Shown piece after piece: positions 23,736-35,791 of a stretch of DNA of 64,000 bases (position 1 is its first letter; every line of letters begins with the position of its first letter). Source of the stretch: an uncultured SAR86 cluster bacterium (GTDB taxonomy: Bacteria; Pseudomonadota; Gammaproteobacteria; Magnimaribacterales; TMED112). Location of the stretch: positions 40,013 through 104,012 of the forward strand of contig CACEYZ010000001.1 in the NCBI GenBank assembly GCA_902563885.1. The letters are read 5' to 3'. The notes beneath the pieces are model-generated. The model was not told where the DNA came from. It ran no database searches and saw only the letters and a program-made list of their open reading frames with translations. The translations under genes were made by a program, and so were the position numbers.

Positions 23736-24964
23736 AAAAAAATGTTGCAGTTATAGGCGCAGGAGTTTTAGGAGTGAATACTGCCTATTTTTTGGCAAAG
23801 AAAAATCAAAATGTAACAGTTTTTGATACACATAAATATGCTGGAATGGAAACAAGTTACTCTAATGGCGCACAAATAAGTGTTTGTAATTCAGAAACAT
23901 GGACTCAGTGGGATAATGTAAAAAAAGGCATCCAGTGGATTTTCAAGGATGATGCACCGTTATTATTTAATCCAATGCCTAACCTATTTAGACCTTATGA
24001 CACTTATTCAAAATATATGTGGATGATTAATTTCTTCATTACTACAGCACTAGGAAAATACAAAAAAAATTCTGAGAATGCATTTGCAATATCCTTAAAA
24101 TCTAGAGACCTTTATTTCCAGATTGCCGATGAAGAGGGAATTGAATTTGATCTCATGAAAAAGGGAATTGTTCATTTTTATAACTCAAAAAGAGAGTTCG
24201 AAATTGCTGCTTCAAAAAAAGACTGGATTGAAGCAATGGGCTGTGAATGGGAAATAGTTGATCGCGACCAAATCTTTGAAATTGAGCCAGCTTTAAAAAA
24301 TAACCACAAAATAATTGGTGGTGTTTACACAAAATCCGATGCTACTGGAGACATTCATAAATATTGCTTTGAATTGGCTAAAGTATTAGAGAAAAAATAT
24401 GGAGTAGATTTTAAATTTTCTGAAACCATTCAAGATATTAAAAAATTAAATAAGCCGATATTACAAACGAATAAGAACGAATATGAGTTTGATGACATAA
24501 TTTTATGTACAGGGGTTGAAACAGAGAGATTTAGAAGAAAATTTGGTGATTCTTTTAGAATTTATCCTGTAAAGGGCTACTCAGTTACCGTAGATTTAGA
24601 AGATGACAAATCTAGAGAATCTGCACCAGTTGTTTCACTTTTAGATGACCCAAGCAAGCTTGTAGCTTCAAGACTTGGTAATAGACTAAGAGTTGCTGGT
24701 ACCGCAGAGCTTGCAGGTTATAACAAAGATATAAGAAGCAACAGAATAAAACCTCTATTAAAATGGATCAATGAACTTTTCCCGGAGGTTAATACAAAAA
24801 ATTACCTTCCGTGGACTGGATTAAGGCCAATGTCCTCTGATATGGTGCCGATTATCAAAGAATCTAAGAGAAAAAATGTTTTTTATAATTCTGGTCATGG
24901 TCATTTAGGCTGGACTATGGGAACGTACTCCGGAAAACTTGCTGCTGATCTTGTCGATCAGTAA
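23732..24964 (+). CDS. FAD-dependent D-amino acid dehydrogenase (DadA-like)
   Basis: GAGVLG, ETSYSNGAQIS, YPVKGYS, RVAGTAE, W.GLRPM, GHGHLGWT. Confidence 0.88.
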   Translation: MKKNVAVIGAGVLGVNTAYFLAKKNQNVTVFDTHKYAGMETSYSNGAQISVCNSETWTQWDNVKKGIQWIFKDDAPLLFNPMPNLFRPYDTYSKYMWMINFFITTALGKYKKNSENAFAISLKSRDLYFQIADEEGIEFDLMKKGIVHFYNSKREFEIAASKKDWIEAMGCEWEIVDRDQIFEIEPALKNNHKIIGGVYTKSDATGDIHKYCFELAKVLEKKYGVDFKFSETIQDIKKLNKPILQTNKNEYEFDDIILCTGVETERFRRKFGDSFRIYPVKGYSVTVDLEDDKSRESAPVVSLLDDPSKLVASRLGNRLRVAGTAELAGYNKDIRSNRIKPLLKWINELFPEVNTKNYLPWTGLRPMSSDMVPIIKESKRKNVFYNSGHGHLGWTMGTYSGKLAADLVDQ

Positions 24965-25003
24965 TTCGTATCTTTAGTTATATCTGTTTAAAATAAATTC
25001 TTT

Positions 25004-25525
25004 ATGAGAATAAGAGACTCTTTTTTTATGGATGCAAAGAAAATTCTTTCACCAAACTTTTCTGAGCGTGAGAAGAATATTGATTTAATAGTTCTGCACT
25101 CCATCAGCCTTCCAGAGGGTGAATATGATAACGACAATGTTGAGGATCTTTTTACGAATAAATTGAATTTTGACTTACATAGCTCTTTCCAAGATTTAAG
25201 AAATGTAAAAGTCTCTGCTCACTTATACATAAAAAGAGATGGCACAATAATACAATTTGTTCCTTTTAATAAGTGCGCTTGGCACGCAGGAGAATCGATA
25301 TTTAAAGGACGAAAAAATTGCAATGAGTTTTCTATAGGAATAGAAATTCAAGGTAAAGTTGACGAAGAATATACTAAAGAGCAATACGAAAACCTTAAAA
25401 AAATAGTAGATGCTCTGAAAATTTTTTTTCAACTCGATGATGTTGTGGCACACTCAGAAATTTCGCCTGAAAGAAAAAAAGATCCAGGACCATTATTCGA
25501 CTGGAGTAAATTAGATGAAAACTAA
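25004..25525 (+). CDS. ampD: 1,6-anhydro-N-acetylmuramyl-L-alanine amidase
   Basis: SPNF..R, LH.ISLP.G, VSAH, AWHAG.S, SIGIE, HS.ISP.RK.DPG. Confidence 0.95.
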   Translation: MRIRDSFFMDAKKILSPNFSEREKNIDLIVLHSISLPEGEYDNDNVEDLFTNKLNFDLHSSFQDLRNVKVSAHLYIKRDGTIIQFVPFNKCAWHAGESIFKGRKNCNEFSIGIEIQGKVDEEYTKEQYENLKKIVDALKIFFQLDDVVAHSEISPERKKDPGPLFDWSKLDEN

Positions 25526-27062
25526 TTTATCACAGTTCAATTTTATCTTTCTAGGTATATCTGCAGCAATTCCTACCTTTGCTCTTGGAATACCATTCGG
25601 TCTATGGCTGCTCTCAGCTGGAGTAAGTAAAGAAACCTTTGGTTTAATTACAGTCTCATCCTTAATTGTTGCATTAAATTTTTTGTGGTCTCCATTCATA
25701 AACAATATTAAGATTCCTGTACTTCATAAATTGCTTGGTTTGAGAAGATCTTGGCTTTTGCTTTCACAGGTTTCTCTATCAATATTGCTATTTACTTTGT
25801 CTATTCTTGATCCTTTGCAAAACATTACCTTAATAGTTTTAATTGCATGCTTGATTTACTTCTTCTCGTCAGTTCAAGATATTGCCCTAGATGCTTATAG
25901 GGTTGAATATGACAAGTTCTCTAGCCCTGAGAATCTCTCAACAATTTATCAACTGGGCTACAAAATAGGAGCTTTCTTAGTTGGCGCACAAGTATATTCG
26001 TTAATTGGTGAAGATAATTGGGGTTTTGTATATTTTTACTTAGCGTTTTTAATGTTAATTTTGCCCTTTTTCACCTTGATATCAAAAAAAGTAGATGAAT
26101 TAAATCTAAATCAATCAACATTAACAGCATTCAAGGAAGCTTTTAAAAATCTATTCCAGAAAAATAATGTTTTGGTCCTGTTAATTTTGATAGGAGTTTA
26201 TAAAATTTCTGACATAGTTTTAGGTCCGATGGCTGCTGCACTTTATAAAGAAACAGCACTTGATGATCCAAGCTTTCTCGAGATGAAGAGTTATTTTAAT
26301 TTCATTGCCACATTTGTTGGTGCGGGTATTGCATTGTTAAGTATTAAATACCTCAAAATTAATATCTCAATGCTTTTGGGAGCAATATTGGTTTTATCTA
26401 CAAACATACTTTTTTCTTATTTATATCTAAATCCAAGTTACTTGAATTTTATTTCAATTAATTTTTTAGATACTATCGCTCAATCATTTACGGCAGTTTG
26501 TTTTATAACATTTCTTGTTGATCTAATTGATCGTAAATTCACTGCTATACAATATGCATTCTTAGCTTCTCTTGTAATTGTTCCTGGAACAATTATAAAA
26601 GGTTCCTCAGGCTTTATTCTTGAGGGCTTTGGTTATTATAATTTTTTTATATTGATGGGTGTTTTAGCGATACCATCTGTTTGTCTTTGTTATTTGCTCC
26701 CTAGAAATTTAGAGCTAAATTTTGAAAATATTATGAAAATTATTTCAATAGCCTTAGCGCTCTCTATATTTTTAATTTCTATTTATGATTTTGACGAAAA
26801 TTTCTCTAACCTTGATGATAAGCTTTTGCATTTATTGATGTATGTATTTTTAGCTGCAATAACCTTTACAGCAAGTAAAAAAACAAATTTATACATTTTA
26901 TTTGCTGTTCTAATACTCATTGGAGTAGCCACAGAAGCTACACAAATGCTTTTCGGTTTGAGGAATTTCGAGTATATGGATATAATAGCCAACTCTTTAG
27001 GTGTTTTAATAGGATTTGTTTTTTATTATATTTCAGAGAAGTACTTGAAAAAAACTCAATAA
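25515..27062 (+). CDS. ampG: AmpG-family muropeptide permease (MFS) with C-terminal VanZ-like domain
   Basis: FLWSP, LG.RRSWLL, QDIALDAYRVE, GY..G, FTA.QYA...S; tail DK..H...E.TQ....R.FE..D..AN..G. Confidence 0.85.
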   Translation: MKTNLSQFNFIFLGISAAIPTFALGIPFGLWLLSAGVSKETFGLITVSSLIVALNFLWSPFINNIKIPVLHKLLGLRRSWLLLSQVSLSILLFTLSILDPLQNITLIVLIACLIYFFSSVQDIALDAYRVEYDKFSSPENLSTIYQLGYKIGAFLVGAQVYSLIGEDNWGFVYFYLAFLMLILPFFTLISKKVDELNLNQSTLTAFKEAFKNLFQKNNVLVLLILIGVYKISDIVLGPMAAALYKETALDDPSFLEMKSYFNFIATFVGAGIALLSIKYLKINISMLLGAILVLSTNILFSYLYLNPSYLNFISINFLDTIAQSFTAVCFITFLVDLIDRKFTAIQYAFLASLVIVPGTIIKGSSGFILEGFGYYNFFILMGVLAIPSVCLCYLLPRNLELNFENIMKIISIALALSIFLISIYDFDENFSNLDDKLLHLLMYVFLAAITFTASKKTNLYILFAVLILIGVATEATQMLFGLRNFEYMDIIANSLGVLIGFVFYYISEKYLKKTQ

Positions 27063-27072
27063 AACCCTAAAT
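27044..27072 (+). promoter_or_regulatory. sigma32 (RpoH)-type heat-shock promoter of groESL
   Basis: CTTGAAA-N14-CCCTAAAT versus consensus CTTGAAA-N13/14-CCCCATNT. Confidence 0.65.
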
Positions 27073-27101
27073 ATTTGCAAGTTATTGGAGGATAACAGAA
27101 T

Positions 27102-29041
<1,940 letters not shown>

Positions 29042-29055
29042 TTTGAATAAATTGC

Positions 29056-29090
29056 AACAAAAGGGAGCTTTAGGCTCCCTTTTTTTTGTT
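29056..29090 (+). terminator. Intrinsic terminator of groESL
   Basis: AAAAGGGAGC-TTTAG-GCTCCCTTTTTTTT hairpin plus T run. Confidence 0.93.
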
Positions 29091-29120
29091 TGTTAATTTA
29101 AAATAAATATAGGAGTTGTT

Positions 29121-29798
29121 ATGGGAGAGTATATTGCATATTACGAATACTGGTCACAAGTAAGTAGATTTTTACATGTTTTATTTGGCATTGCCTGGAT
29201 AGGTTTGCTTTATTATTTCAATTTTATTGGAGGTGGGTATTTAAAACAGGCATCTCCTGAAGCAAAGAAAGATATGCTTCAACTTCATCAGCCAAATGCA
29301 TTATGGTATTTTAGATGGGCTGCAATGTTCACATTCTTAACTGGGCTGTACCTCTTATATTATGTTTCAGAAATTCCAGGTGCTTATAATGTCGGTATTT
29401 CTTTAGGTGCAACAATGGCAACAATAATGTTCTTAAATGTTTGGTTAATTATTTGGCCAAATCAGAAGAAAGTAATTGCAGGAACTGAGGATGCGGCTGA
29501 TGCAGGTGCAAAGGCATTATTGGCCTCAAGAACTAATACTTTGTTCTCCTTTCCAATGCTTTATTTTATGATTTATTCTGCCCACATCAATAATGGTAAT
29601 GATCCACTTCTTTTAGGTGATAGTTATGGTCCTGGATGGGGAACTTTATCACTTTGGCTTGGAGCAGCAATAATTTTAGCAATAGAGCTAAATGCTGTAT
29701 TTGGCAAATTATGGAGATGGCTAGAATCTGTAAAGGCGGTAATACACTCAGGTCTCTTGCTTACAGTATTTTTTGCTTGGCTAGTTTGGTATAACTAA
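29121..29798 (+). CDS. PuuD/Urate_ox_N-like membrane protein lacking cytochrome c domain
   Basis: R.LHV..GI.WIGLLYYFNF, LWYFRW.A..T..TG, M..NVW..IWPNQKK, SR.NT..S.PML; no CxxCH. Confidence 0.75.
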   Translation: MGEYIAYYEYWSQVSRFLHVLFGIAWIGLLYYFNFIGGGYLKQASPEAKKDMLQLHQPNALWYFRWAAMFTFLTGLYLLYYVSEIPGAYNVGISLGATMATIMFLNVWLIIWPNQKKVIAGTEDAADAGAKALLASRTNTLFSFPMLYFMIYSAHINNGNDPLLLGDSYGPGWGTLSLWLGAAIILAIELNAVFGKLWRWLESVKAVIHSGLLLTVFFAWLVWYN

Positions 29799-29799
29799 T

Positions 29800-31017
29800 T
29801 TAAGCATTTTTAGAGATTTTAATTTCTTTAATAAGATTCCCTTCAATCTTTGAGGTCTCTATATTATAAGATTCAAGATTTATGCAAACATTTCCAGTTG
29901 GAATGGTATCAATTTGATCAATTACCAAACCACTTATTGTTTTCGCTGGCTCTTCGGGTAAGCTCCAGTCCATTTTTTTATTCAGCTCTCTTATTGTAAC
30001 TGAACCATCTACAGTTACACTGTTGTCTTCATTTATATTTATTCCAATTTCATCCTCATCAGGATCAAATCGCCCAAGAACTTGCTCAATCAAATCTTCT
30101 AAGGTAACTAAACCAGCAATGTCTCCATATTCATCAACAACTAATGCAACTTCTTTCCCATTCTTTTGAAAGTTTTTTAGTTGTGAAAAAAGATGTGTTT
30201 TTTCAGGCACATAATAGGGTTCTATCAAAAAATCGATATTATCACCTGAAAAATCATTAAATTGCTCTATCTCTTTTGAGTGTATGAAACCAAGTATTTC
30301 ATCAGAATTCCTCTTAACAACAGGCAAAAATATGTCCTTATCATTTGGAACATCATGGGATTTATTACCAATTTCCATCTTCAATACTTCATTTATTGGT
30401 ATGAGAATATCTTCAACAGTAAGATCTTTGAGTTCTAAAATAGATTTTAATGCTTCCATTTCCTCTTTATCTACTTCTTTGGTTTCTTTCTCAAGAACAG
30501 ATTTGAGCTCGTCTCGGTTTAAATTTTCAGAAAAGTAATTTTCATTATTTTTTATCCCAGTAAGAGAATTACTAATGTTAGTTAGTATCTCGGAGAAAGA
30601 TCCAAGATATTTTGTCAAAACTTTTAGGATTCTACTTGCTGGGTAGGCAATGGATTCTGGTCTTTTAGCTGCAAAACTTTTCGGAGCTATTTCTGCAAAA
30701 ATAATAATAAAGATTGTTAGTAATAAAGTTCCAATCCAGACATATTCGTCACCAAATTTTTTTATTACAAAGAAAGTTAGTAAGGCAGAAGCAGAAATAT
30801 TTACAAGATTATTACCTATAAGAATTACACCTAAAACTCTATTAATTTCTTTTCTTAAACTATTTATTATTTTTGCTGATTTATTACCCTGTTTTTCTGC
30901 GTTATCGAGCTTTATTTGATTAAGAGCCATTATCGAAGTCTCTGAACCAGAGAAAAAGGCAGACAATATGACAAGAATTAGTAAAACAACTACTAAAATT
31001 ATAGAAAAACTATCCAT
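29800..31017 (-). CDS. HlyC/CorC (CNNM) family transporter, YfjD-like
   Basis: SAFFSGSET, ILIGNNLVN, FAEI.PK, CBS-domain VVDEYG..GLVTLED, CorC C-terminal domain. Confidence 0.93.
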   Translation of the reverse strand: MDSFSIILVVVLLILVILSAFFSGSETSIMALNQIKLDNAEKQGNKSAKIINSLRKEINRVLGVILIGNNLVNISASALLTFFVIKKFGDEYVWIGTLLLTIFIIIFAEIAPKSFAAKRPESIAYPASRILKVLTKYLGSFSEILTNISNSLTGIKNNENYFSENLNRDELKSVLEKETKEVDKEEMEALKSILELKDLTVEDILIPINEVLKMEIGNKSHDVPNDKDIFLPVVKRNSDEILGFIHSKEIEQFNDFSGDNIDFLIEPYYVPEKTHLFSQLKNFQKNGKEVALVVDEYGDIAGLVTLEDLIEQVLGRFDPDEDEIGININEDNSVTVDGSVTIRELNKKMDWSLPEEPAKTISGLVIDQIDTIPTGNVCINLESYNIETSKIEGNLIKEIKISKNA

Positions 31018-31117
31018 TTTGTTTATTTTTAAAATTAATCAAGAAAATCAAAGATTATTTGTGAATCTTTTATAGAAAAGGTGTAAAATTCCATTTTCAA
31101 ATATTATACAGAAAAAA

Positions 31118-31525
31118 ATGGTTGTTATAAGACTTTCAAGAACAGGGGCAAAAAAAAGGCCTTTCTATCATATTTGTGTAACTGACAGAAGAAAAAAAAG
31201 AGATGGTAATCATATTGAGAAATTAGGTTTCTTTAATCCAATAGCCAAAAAAGGAGAAGAAAAAATAAAACTTGATGTGGAGAGGTTTGACTATTGGACG
31301 TCCGTAGGAGCAATACCAAGCGATACAGTAATGACACTTTACAAAAGATCAAAGTTGAGTGAAGAGGATGTTGAAAAAATTGAAGAAAAAAAATTAGCAC
31401 AGAAACAAAGAAGAAAAGAACGAGATGTTCTGAAAAAACAAGAAGAGGCCGAAAAGGCAGCAGCTGAGGCACCAGCAGAAGAGGCAGCTCCAGCAGAAGA
31501 GAATCCCTCAGAAAAGAAGGATTAG
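31118..31525 (+). CDS. rpsP: 30S ribosomal protein S16 with charged Ala/Glu-rich C-terminal extension
   Basis: [26 protein letters not shown]. Confidence 0.97.
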   Translation: MVVIRLSRTGAKKRPFYHICVTDRRKKRDGNHIEKLGFFNPIAKKGEEKIKLDVERFDYWTSVGAIPSDTVMTLYKRSKLSEEDVEKIEEKKLAQKQRRKERDVLKKQEEAEKAAAEAPAEEAAPAEENPSEKKD

Positions 31526-31529
31526 TAGT

Positions 31530-32024
31530 CTGAACCTTCTAGTAATAGGAAAATTTGGTAAGACCCATGGTGTTACTGGACAGATCAAAGTCTATTCATT
31601 TACTGAACAAGAAAAAGATATCTTAAATTATTCTCATTTTTTTTATAAAGACGGCAGTGAAATGAATTTAAAAATATTTACTGATGGGTCTGGAAAAATT
31701 TTTGGTCAGATTTCAGGAATTGACTCCATTGAAGCTGCTAGAGAACTTACAAATAAAGAAATTTTTATTCATAAGGACATGCTTCCAGAATTAGGTGAAA
31801 AAGAGTATTACTGGGATGATTTAATAGGAGCAACTGTAAATAATTTAGAAGGGAATAAGTTAGGTATAGTCGCAAAAATAGAAAATCACGGCGCTTCAGA
31901 TTTAATTTTTATAGATAATAAAAAAGGTCAAGAAATTATAGTTCCTATTGAAAACGAATTTTTTCTAAAGTTTGAAAAGGATAATAATCTAATTATTGTA
32001 GATTGGGATATAGATGAAAATTAA
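31530..32024 (+). CDS. rimM: Ribosome maturation factor RimM; probable CTG start at 31530
   Basis: In-frame N-terminus LVIGKFGKTHGVTGQIKVYSFTE upstream of track start 31662; EYYW.DLIG, HGA.D; SD AGAAGGA upstream. Confidence 0.92.
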   Translation: MNLLVIGKFGKTHGVTGQIKVYSFTEQEKDILNYSHFFYKDGSEMNLKIFTDGSGKIFGQISGIDSIEAARELTNKEIFIHKDMLPELGEKEYYWDDLIGATVNNLEGNKLGIVAKIENHGASDLIFIDNKKGQEIIVPIENEFFLKFEKDNNLIIVDWDIDEN

Positions 32025-32757
32025 TGTTCTTGCTGTTTTTCCTCAAATATTAGACTCCCTTAATTATGGGGTTACTGGGACAGCAATTGAAAAAAATATT
32101 TTAGAAATTCATAGGATTGATTTAAAAGATTATCCTTTGAATTCTTATGGATCTATTGATGATAAACCTTTTTCAGGTTCTGAAGGTATGATTATTTCAC
32201 CTATTCCAATTTCAAAAGCGATGAACTTAGTTAAAAGCAAAGGAAAAGTAATTTATCTTTCTCCTCAAGGTAAAACACTAAATCAAAAAAAGGTCAAAGA
32301 GCTAGCAACTTTAAATGATTTAACAATAATTTGTGGTAGATATGAGGGTATAGATCAGAGAATTATTGATGAATATGTCGATGAAGAAATTTCAATAGGA
32401 GATTATGTTTTAAGTGGTGGTGAAATTGCAGCTACGGTACTTATTGACTCAATTGTTAGAAATTTACCTGGCGCTCTTGGAAATGAAAAATCACTAACCA
32501 ATGACAGTTTTTCTGATGGCAGACTAAAAGGTCATTCATACACAAGACCAAGAGATTTTGAGGGAAGAAAAGTTCCAGATGAATTAGTTTCTGGAAATCA
32601 TGAATTAGTGAAAGAATGGAAAATAGCAAATAGTTTATGGGTTACGAAGCAAAAACGACCAGATTTATTTTCTAATCTGCAACTTTCTGAAAAAGAAATG
32701 ATATTATTACAAAAGTACGAATTAGCACAAAAAAATCTAAGGAAGGGAGATGGCTGA
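32014..32757 (+). CDS. trmD: tRNA (guanine37-N1)-methyltransferase
   Basis: [32 protein letters not shown]. Confidence 0.97.
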   Translation: MKINVLAVFPQILDSLNYGVTGTAIEKNILEIHRIDLKDYPLNSYGSIDDKPFSGSEGMIISPIPISKAMNLVKSKGKVIYLSPQGKTLNQKKVKELATLNDLTIICGRYEGIDQRIIDEYVDEEISIGDYVLSGGEIAATVLIDSIVRNLPGALGNEKSLTNDSFSDGRLKGHSYTRPRDFEGRKVPDELVSGNHELVKEWKIANSLWVTKQKRPDLFSNLQLSEKEMILLQKYELAQKNLRKGDG

Positions 32758-33097
32758 AAATATTCTTGATAAGTTTGAAAAAGAGCAATTAAAAGAACAC
32801 CCAGAATTCAGAACTGGTGATACTGTAGTGGTTCAAGTAAAAGTAACTGAAGGAAAAAGGACAAGATTGCAAGCTTTCGAGGGTTTAGTAATAAGTAAGA
32901 AAAATAGAGGTTTAAATTCTTCCTTTATAGTGAGAAAGATTTCAAGTGGCGTAGGTGTTGAAAGAACATTTCAGACTCATAGCCCGTTAATAGATTCGAT
33001 TAAAGTAAAAAGAAAGGGTCTTGTGCGACAATCAAAAATTTACTACATAAGAGAAAGATCTGGCAAATCTGCAAGGATCAAAGAAAAAATTAATTAG
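32750..33097 (+). CDS. rplS: 50S ribosomal protein L19
   Basis: [32 protein letters not shown]. Confidence 0.99.
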   Translation: MAENILDKFEKEQLKEHPEFRTGDTVVVQVKVTEGKRTRLQAFEGLVISKKNRGLNSSFIVRKISSGVGVERTFQTHSPLIDSIKVKRKGLVRQSKIYYIRERSGKSARIKEKIN

Positions 33098-33993
33098 TGC
33101 CTTCTGATTCAAAACTTCTTATTGAAAGCTTCTTAGATTCAATTTGGCTTGAAAAAAACGTATCACAGAACACTCTTCACTCTTACAGAAATGACTTGAT
33201 TAAATTTGAATCCTTTTTATCAAAAGGAGGCAAAACTGTTTTAAACGTTGATCATCTTACAATTCTTTCTTATTTAAGTAATCTCTTGGATAATGGATTT
33301 TCCTCAAAGACAATATCAAGAAATATTTCATCAATGAAATCATTTTTTAAATATTTAATAAGCTCAAAACATATTGATGTAAATCCCACAGCCAACATTG
33401 ATTCTCCTAAATCAGGTCTTTTTTTGCCAACAACCCTCGATGTCGACGAAGTTGATAAAATTTTAAATTCGCCTAAAGAAACTCATTACATCGAGTTAAG
33501 AGATAAGGCTATTTTATATATGCTTTATGCTACAGGTATGAGAATTAGTGAATTAGTAAATCTTGCTAAACATAATCTTGATTTAAATAGAGGGTCAGTA
33601 AAAGTTTTTGGTAAAGGTGGAAAAGAGAGATTAATTCCCTTATCAGAAAAATCAGTTGAAATGTTAAACAAATACTTATCTTCATCTAGGGATATCCTTT
33701 GTAAGGATAGAGATCACATAAATATATTTCTCTCAACTCATGGACGACAGATTACAAGACAAAGCATTTGGCACAGAATTAAGGTTTATATCAAGAGAGA
33801 GGGAATCAAGAAAGAGGTTTACCCACATACTCTAAGACATGCTTTTGCGACTCATATGCTTAATAATGGTGCAGATCTTAGGTCTGTACAGCTTCTTCTA
33901 GGCCATGCTGATTTATCTACCACCCAAATTTATACGCATGTTGCTCAATCTGAAATAAAAAATTTACATAAAAAGCATCACCCGAGGGGATAA
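33097..33993 (+). CDS. xerD: Tyrosine recombinase XerD (GTG start)
   Basis: LYATGMRISEL, GKG.KER, HTLRHAFATH, LLGHADLSTTQIY, HHPRG; xerD-dsbC synteny. Confidence 0.95.
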   Translation: MPSDSKLLIESFLDSIWLEKNVSQNTLHSYRNDLIKFESFLSKGGKTVLNVDHLTILSYLSNLLDNGFSSKTISRNISSMKSFFKYLISSKHIDVNPTANIDSPKSGLFLPTTLDVDEVDKILNSPKETHYIELRDKAILYMLYATGMRISELVNLAKHNLDLNRGSVKVFGKGGKERLIPLSEKSVEMLNKYLSSSRDILCKDRDHINIFLSTHGRQITRQSIWHRIKVYIKREGIKKEVYPHTLRHAFATHMLNNGADLRSVQLLLGHADLSTTQIYTHVAQSEIKNLHKKHHPRG

Positions 33994-34703
33994 TGAGGCG
34001 CTACATTTTTATATTTACATCACTTTTTTTCTTAAATATTTTTTCTGATGAAGAAGTAGAGAAAAAGATAAAAGCGTTACTTCCAAATGATTTGACGATT
34101 AATTTTATAGATCAAGCAGAGCTAGATGGTTTTTTTGTTGTGAACGTAGACAATAATCAAATTCTATTTATTTCAAAAGATTTTGAATATTTTTTTGTTG
34201 GAGATCTACTAAAAAAAAGATTAGATCAGGGTTACGACTCCTTAAATATAAAGTACCGCTCATTATTTGCTCAAAACCTTATAAAGAAGATAAATGAAAG
34301 AGAATTTATACAATTTAAATCTCCGAAGGAGATTACTGAAATTACAGTTTTTACCGACGTTTCTTGTGCCTATTGCAGATTAATGCATAGCCAAATAGAT
34401 AATTATCTTGACTTGGGAATTACTGTAAATTATCTTGCATTTCCTCAAGATGGTCTTGTGGGAGAAGTATTTGAGGATATGCAGAAACTTTGGTGCAGTG
34501 ATAACAGGAATGTAGCTATTACTGAATTAAAGAAAGGGAATGATATTGAAGCAAACGCATGCACTAACCCTGTCGAAGACCATTTTAAAACTGGAAGATT
34601 GATTGGAGCTACAGGTACTCCTACAATAGTATTAAGCGATGGAAGAATAGTGCCTGGTTATATACCAGCAGAAGAATTGATAGAAATTATAATAAATGGA
34701 TAA
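33993..34703 (+). CDS. dsbC: Disulfide isomerase DsbC
   Basis: Signal peptide, FTD..CAYC, GTPT, PGY. Confidence 0.92.
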   Translation: MRRYIFIFTSLFFLNIFSDEEVEKKIKALLPNDLTINFIDQAELDGFFVVNVDNNQILFISKDFEYFFVGDLLKKRLDQGYDSLNIKYRSLFAQNLIKKINEREFIQFKSPKEITEITVFTDVSCAYCRLMHSQIDNYLDLGITVNYLAFPQDGLVGEVFEDMQKLWCSDNRNVAITELKKGNDIEANACTNPVEDHFKTGRLIGATGTPTIVLSDGRIVPGYIPAEELIEIIING

Positions 34704-35791
34704 ATCTGAGATTTTATTAGACTTAAATAAAATAGCTAAGAGAATTGGCGAACTCAGGGGGTTCCTTTGACCCTGATTCTCTTGTAGGGCAACTACAAAT
34801 TCTTAATCAAAAGTTAGAAGATCCTGAGATTTGGAAAGATCACATAAAAATAAGCAAGCTAAATAAAGAAAAAACCGAGAAAGAAACTAAACTTAGTGAA
34901 TTTAAAGGGATTGAAGAAAAATTTAATGATATAGAAGAGACGCTAAAAATATCATTTGAAATTAACGAAGAAGGTGAAATTCCAAAGCAGTTAAAAGCTC
35001 TAACTTTACTTGAATCTCAAATTGATGATCTTGAAACAAAAAGATACTTCTCTAAAAAAAATGATCTAGCAAATGCTTTTGTAGATATTCAATCTGGATC
35101 TGGCGGAACTGAGGCACAAGATTGGGCAGAAATGTTATATAGAATGTATACACGTTGGGCAGAGGATATGAATTTTGAAATAAAGGTCGAAGAATTTTCA
35201 CCTGGAGAAGTTGCTGGCATCAAAAGTGCAAGTATTAATATTTCTGGAAACTATGCCTACGGCTGGATGAGAACTGAGACCGGGATACATCGTTTAGTTA
35301 GAAAATCACCTTTTGATTCAGGAAGTAGGCGTCATACATCTTTTGCTGCTGTTTTTGTATCTCCAGAAATTGATGATGAAATAGATATTGAGCTTGATAT
35401 GTCAAAGGTCCGAATTGATACATACAGAGCATCTGGTGCTGGAGGCCAGCATGTCAATAAAACAGATTCTGCAGTGCGATTAACGCATGAACCAACTGGG
35501 CTAGTAGTTCAATGCCAATCACAAAGATCACAGCATCAAAATAAAGACAGGGCTATCAAGCAGCTAAAATCAAAGCTATATGAATTAGAAATTCAAAAAA
35601 AAGAACAGGAAATTCAAAAACTAGAGGATTCAAAGACAGACATAGGATGGGGGAATCAGATTAGGTCTTATGTTCTTGATCAGTCAAGAATTAAAGATAT
35701 AAGAACAAAGCATGAAGAAACAAATACCCAAGCAGTTTTAGATGGTAAAATTAATAACTTCATAAAGGCAAGTTTAAAAAATGGATTCTAA
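34696..35791 (+). CDS. prfB: Peptide chain release factor 2, translated via programmed +1 frameshift
   Basis: ORF1 from ATG 34696 (MDKSE...RGFL) ends CTT-TGA-C at 34765-34771; +1 frame has SPF and GGQ motifs. Confidence 0.97.
34756..34771 (+). promoter_or_regulatory. RF2 autoregulatory +1 frameshift cassette
   Basis: AGGGGG-TTC-CTT-TGA-C: internal SD, 3-nt spacer and slippery CUU-UGA. Confidence 0.96.

Noticed and set aside
33097..33993. Prophage/island integrase
   Set aside because: Typical XerD C-terminus and xerD-dsbC housekeeping synteny; no att sites or cargo
34745..34770. Track start of prfB (MANSGGSF) or a frameshifted pseudogene
   Set aside because: Explained by the programmed +1 frameshift from ATG 34696
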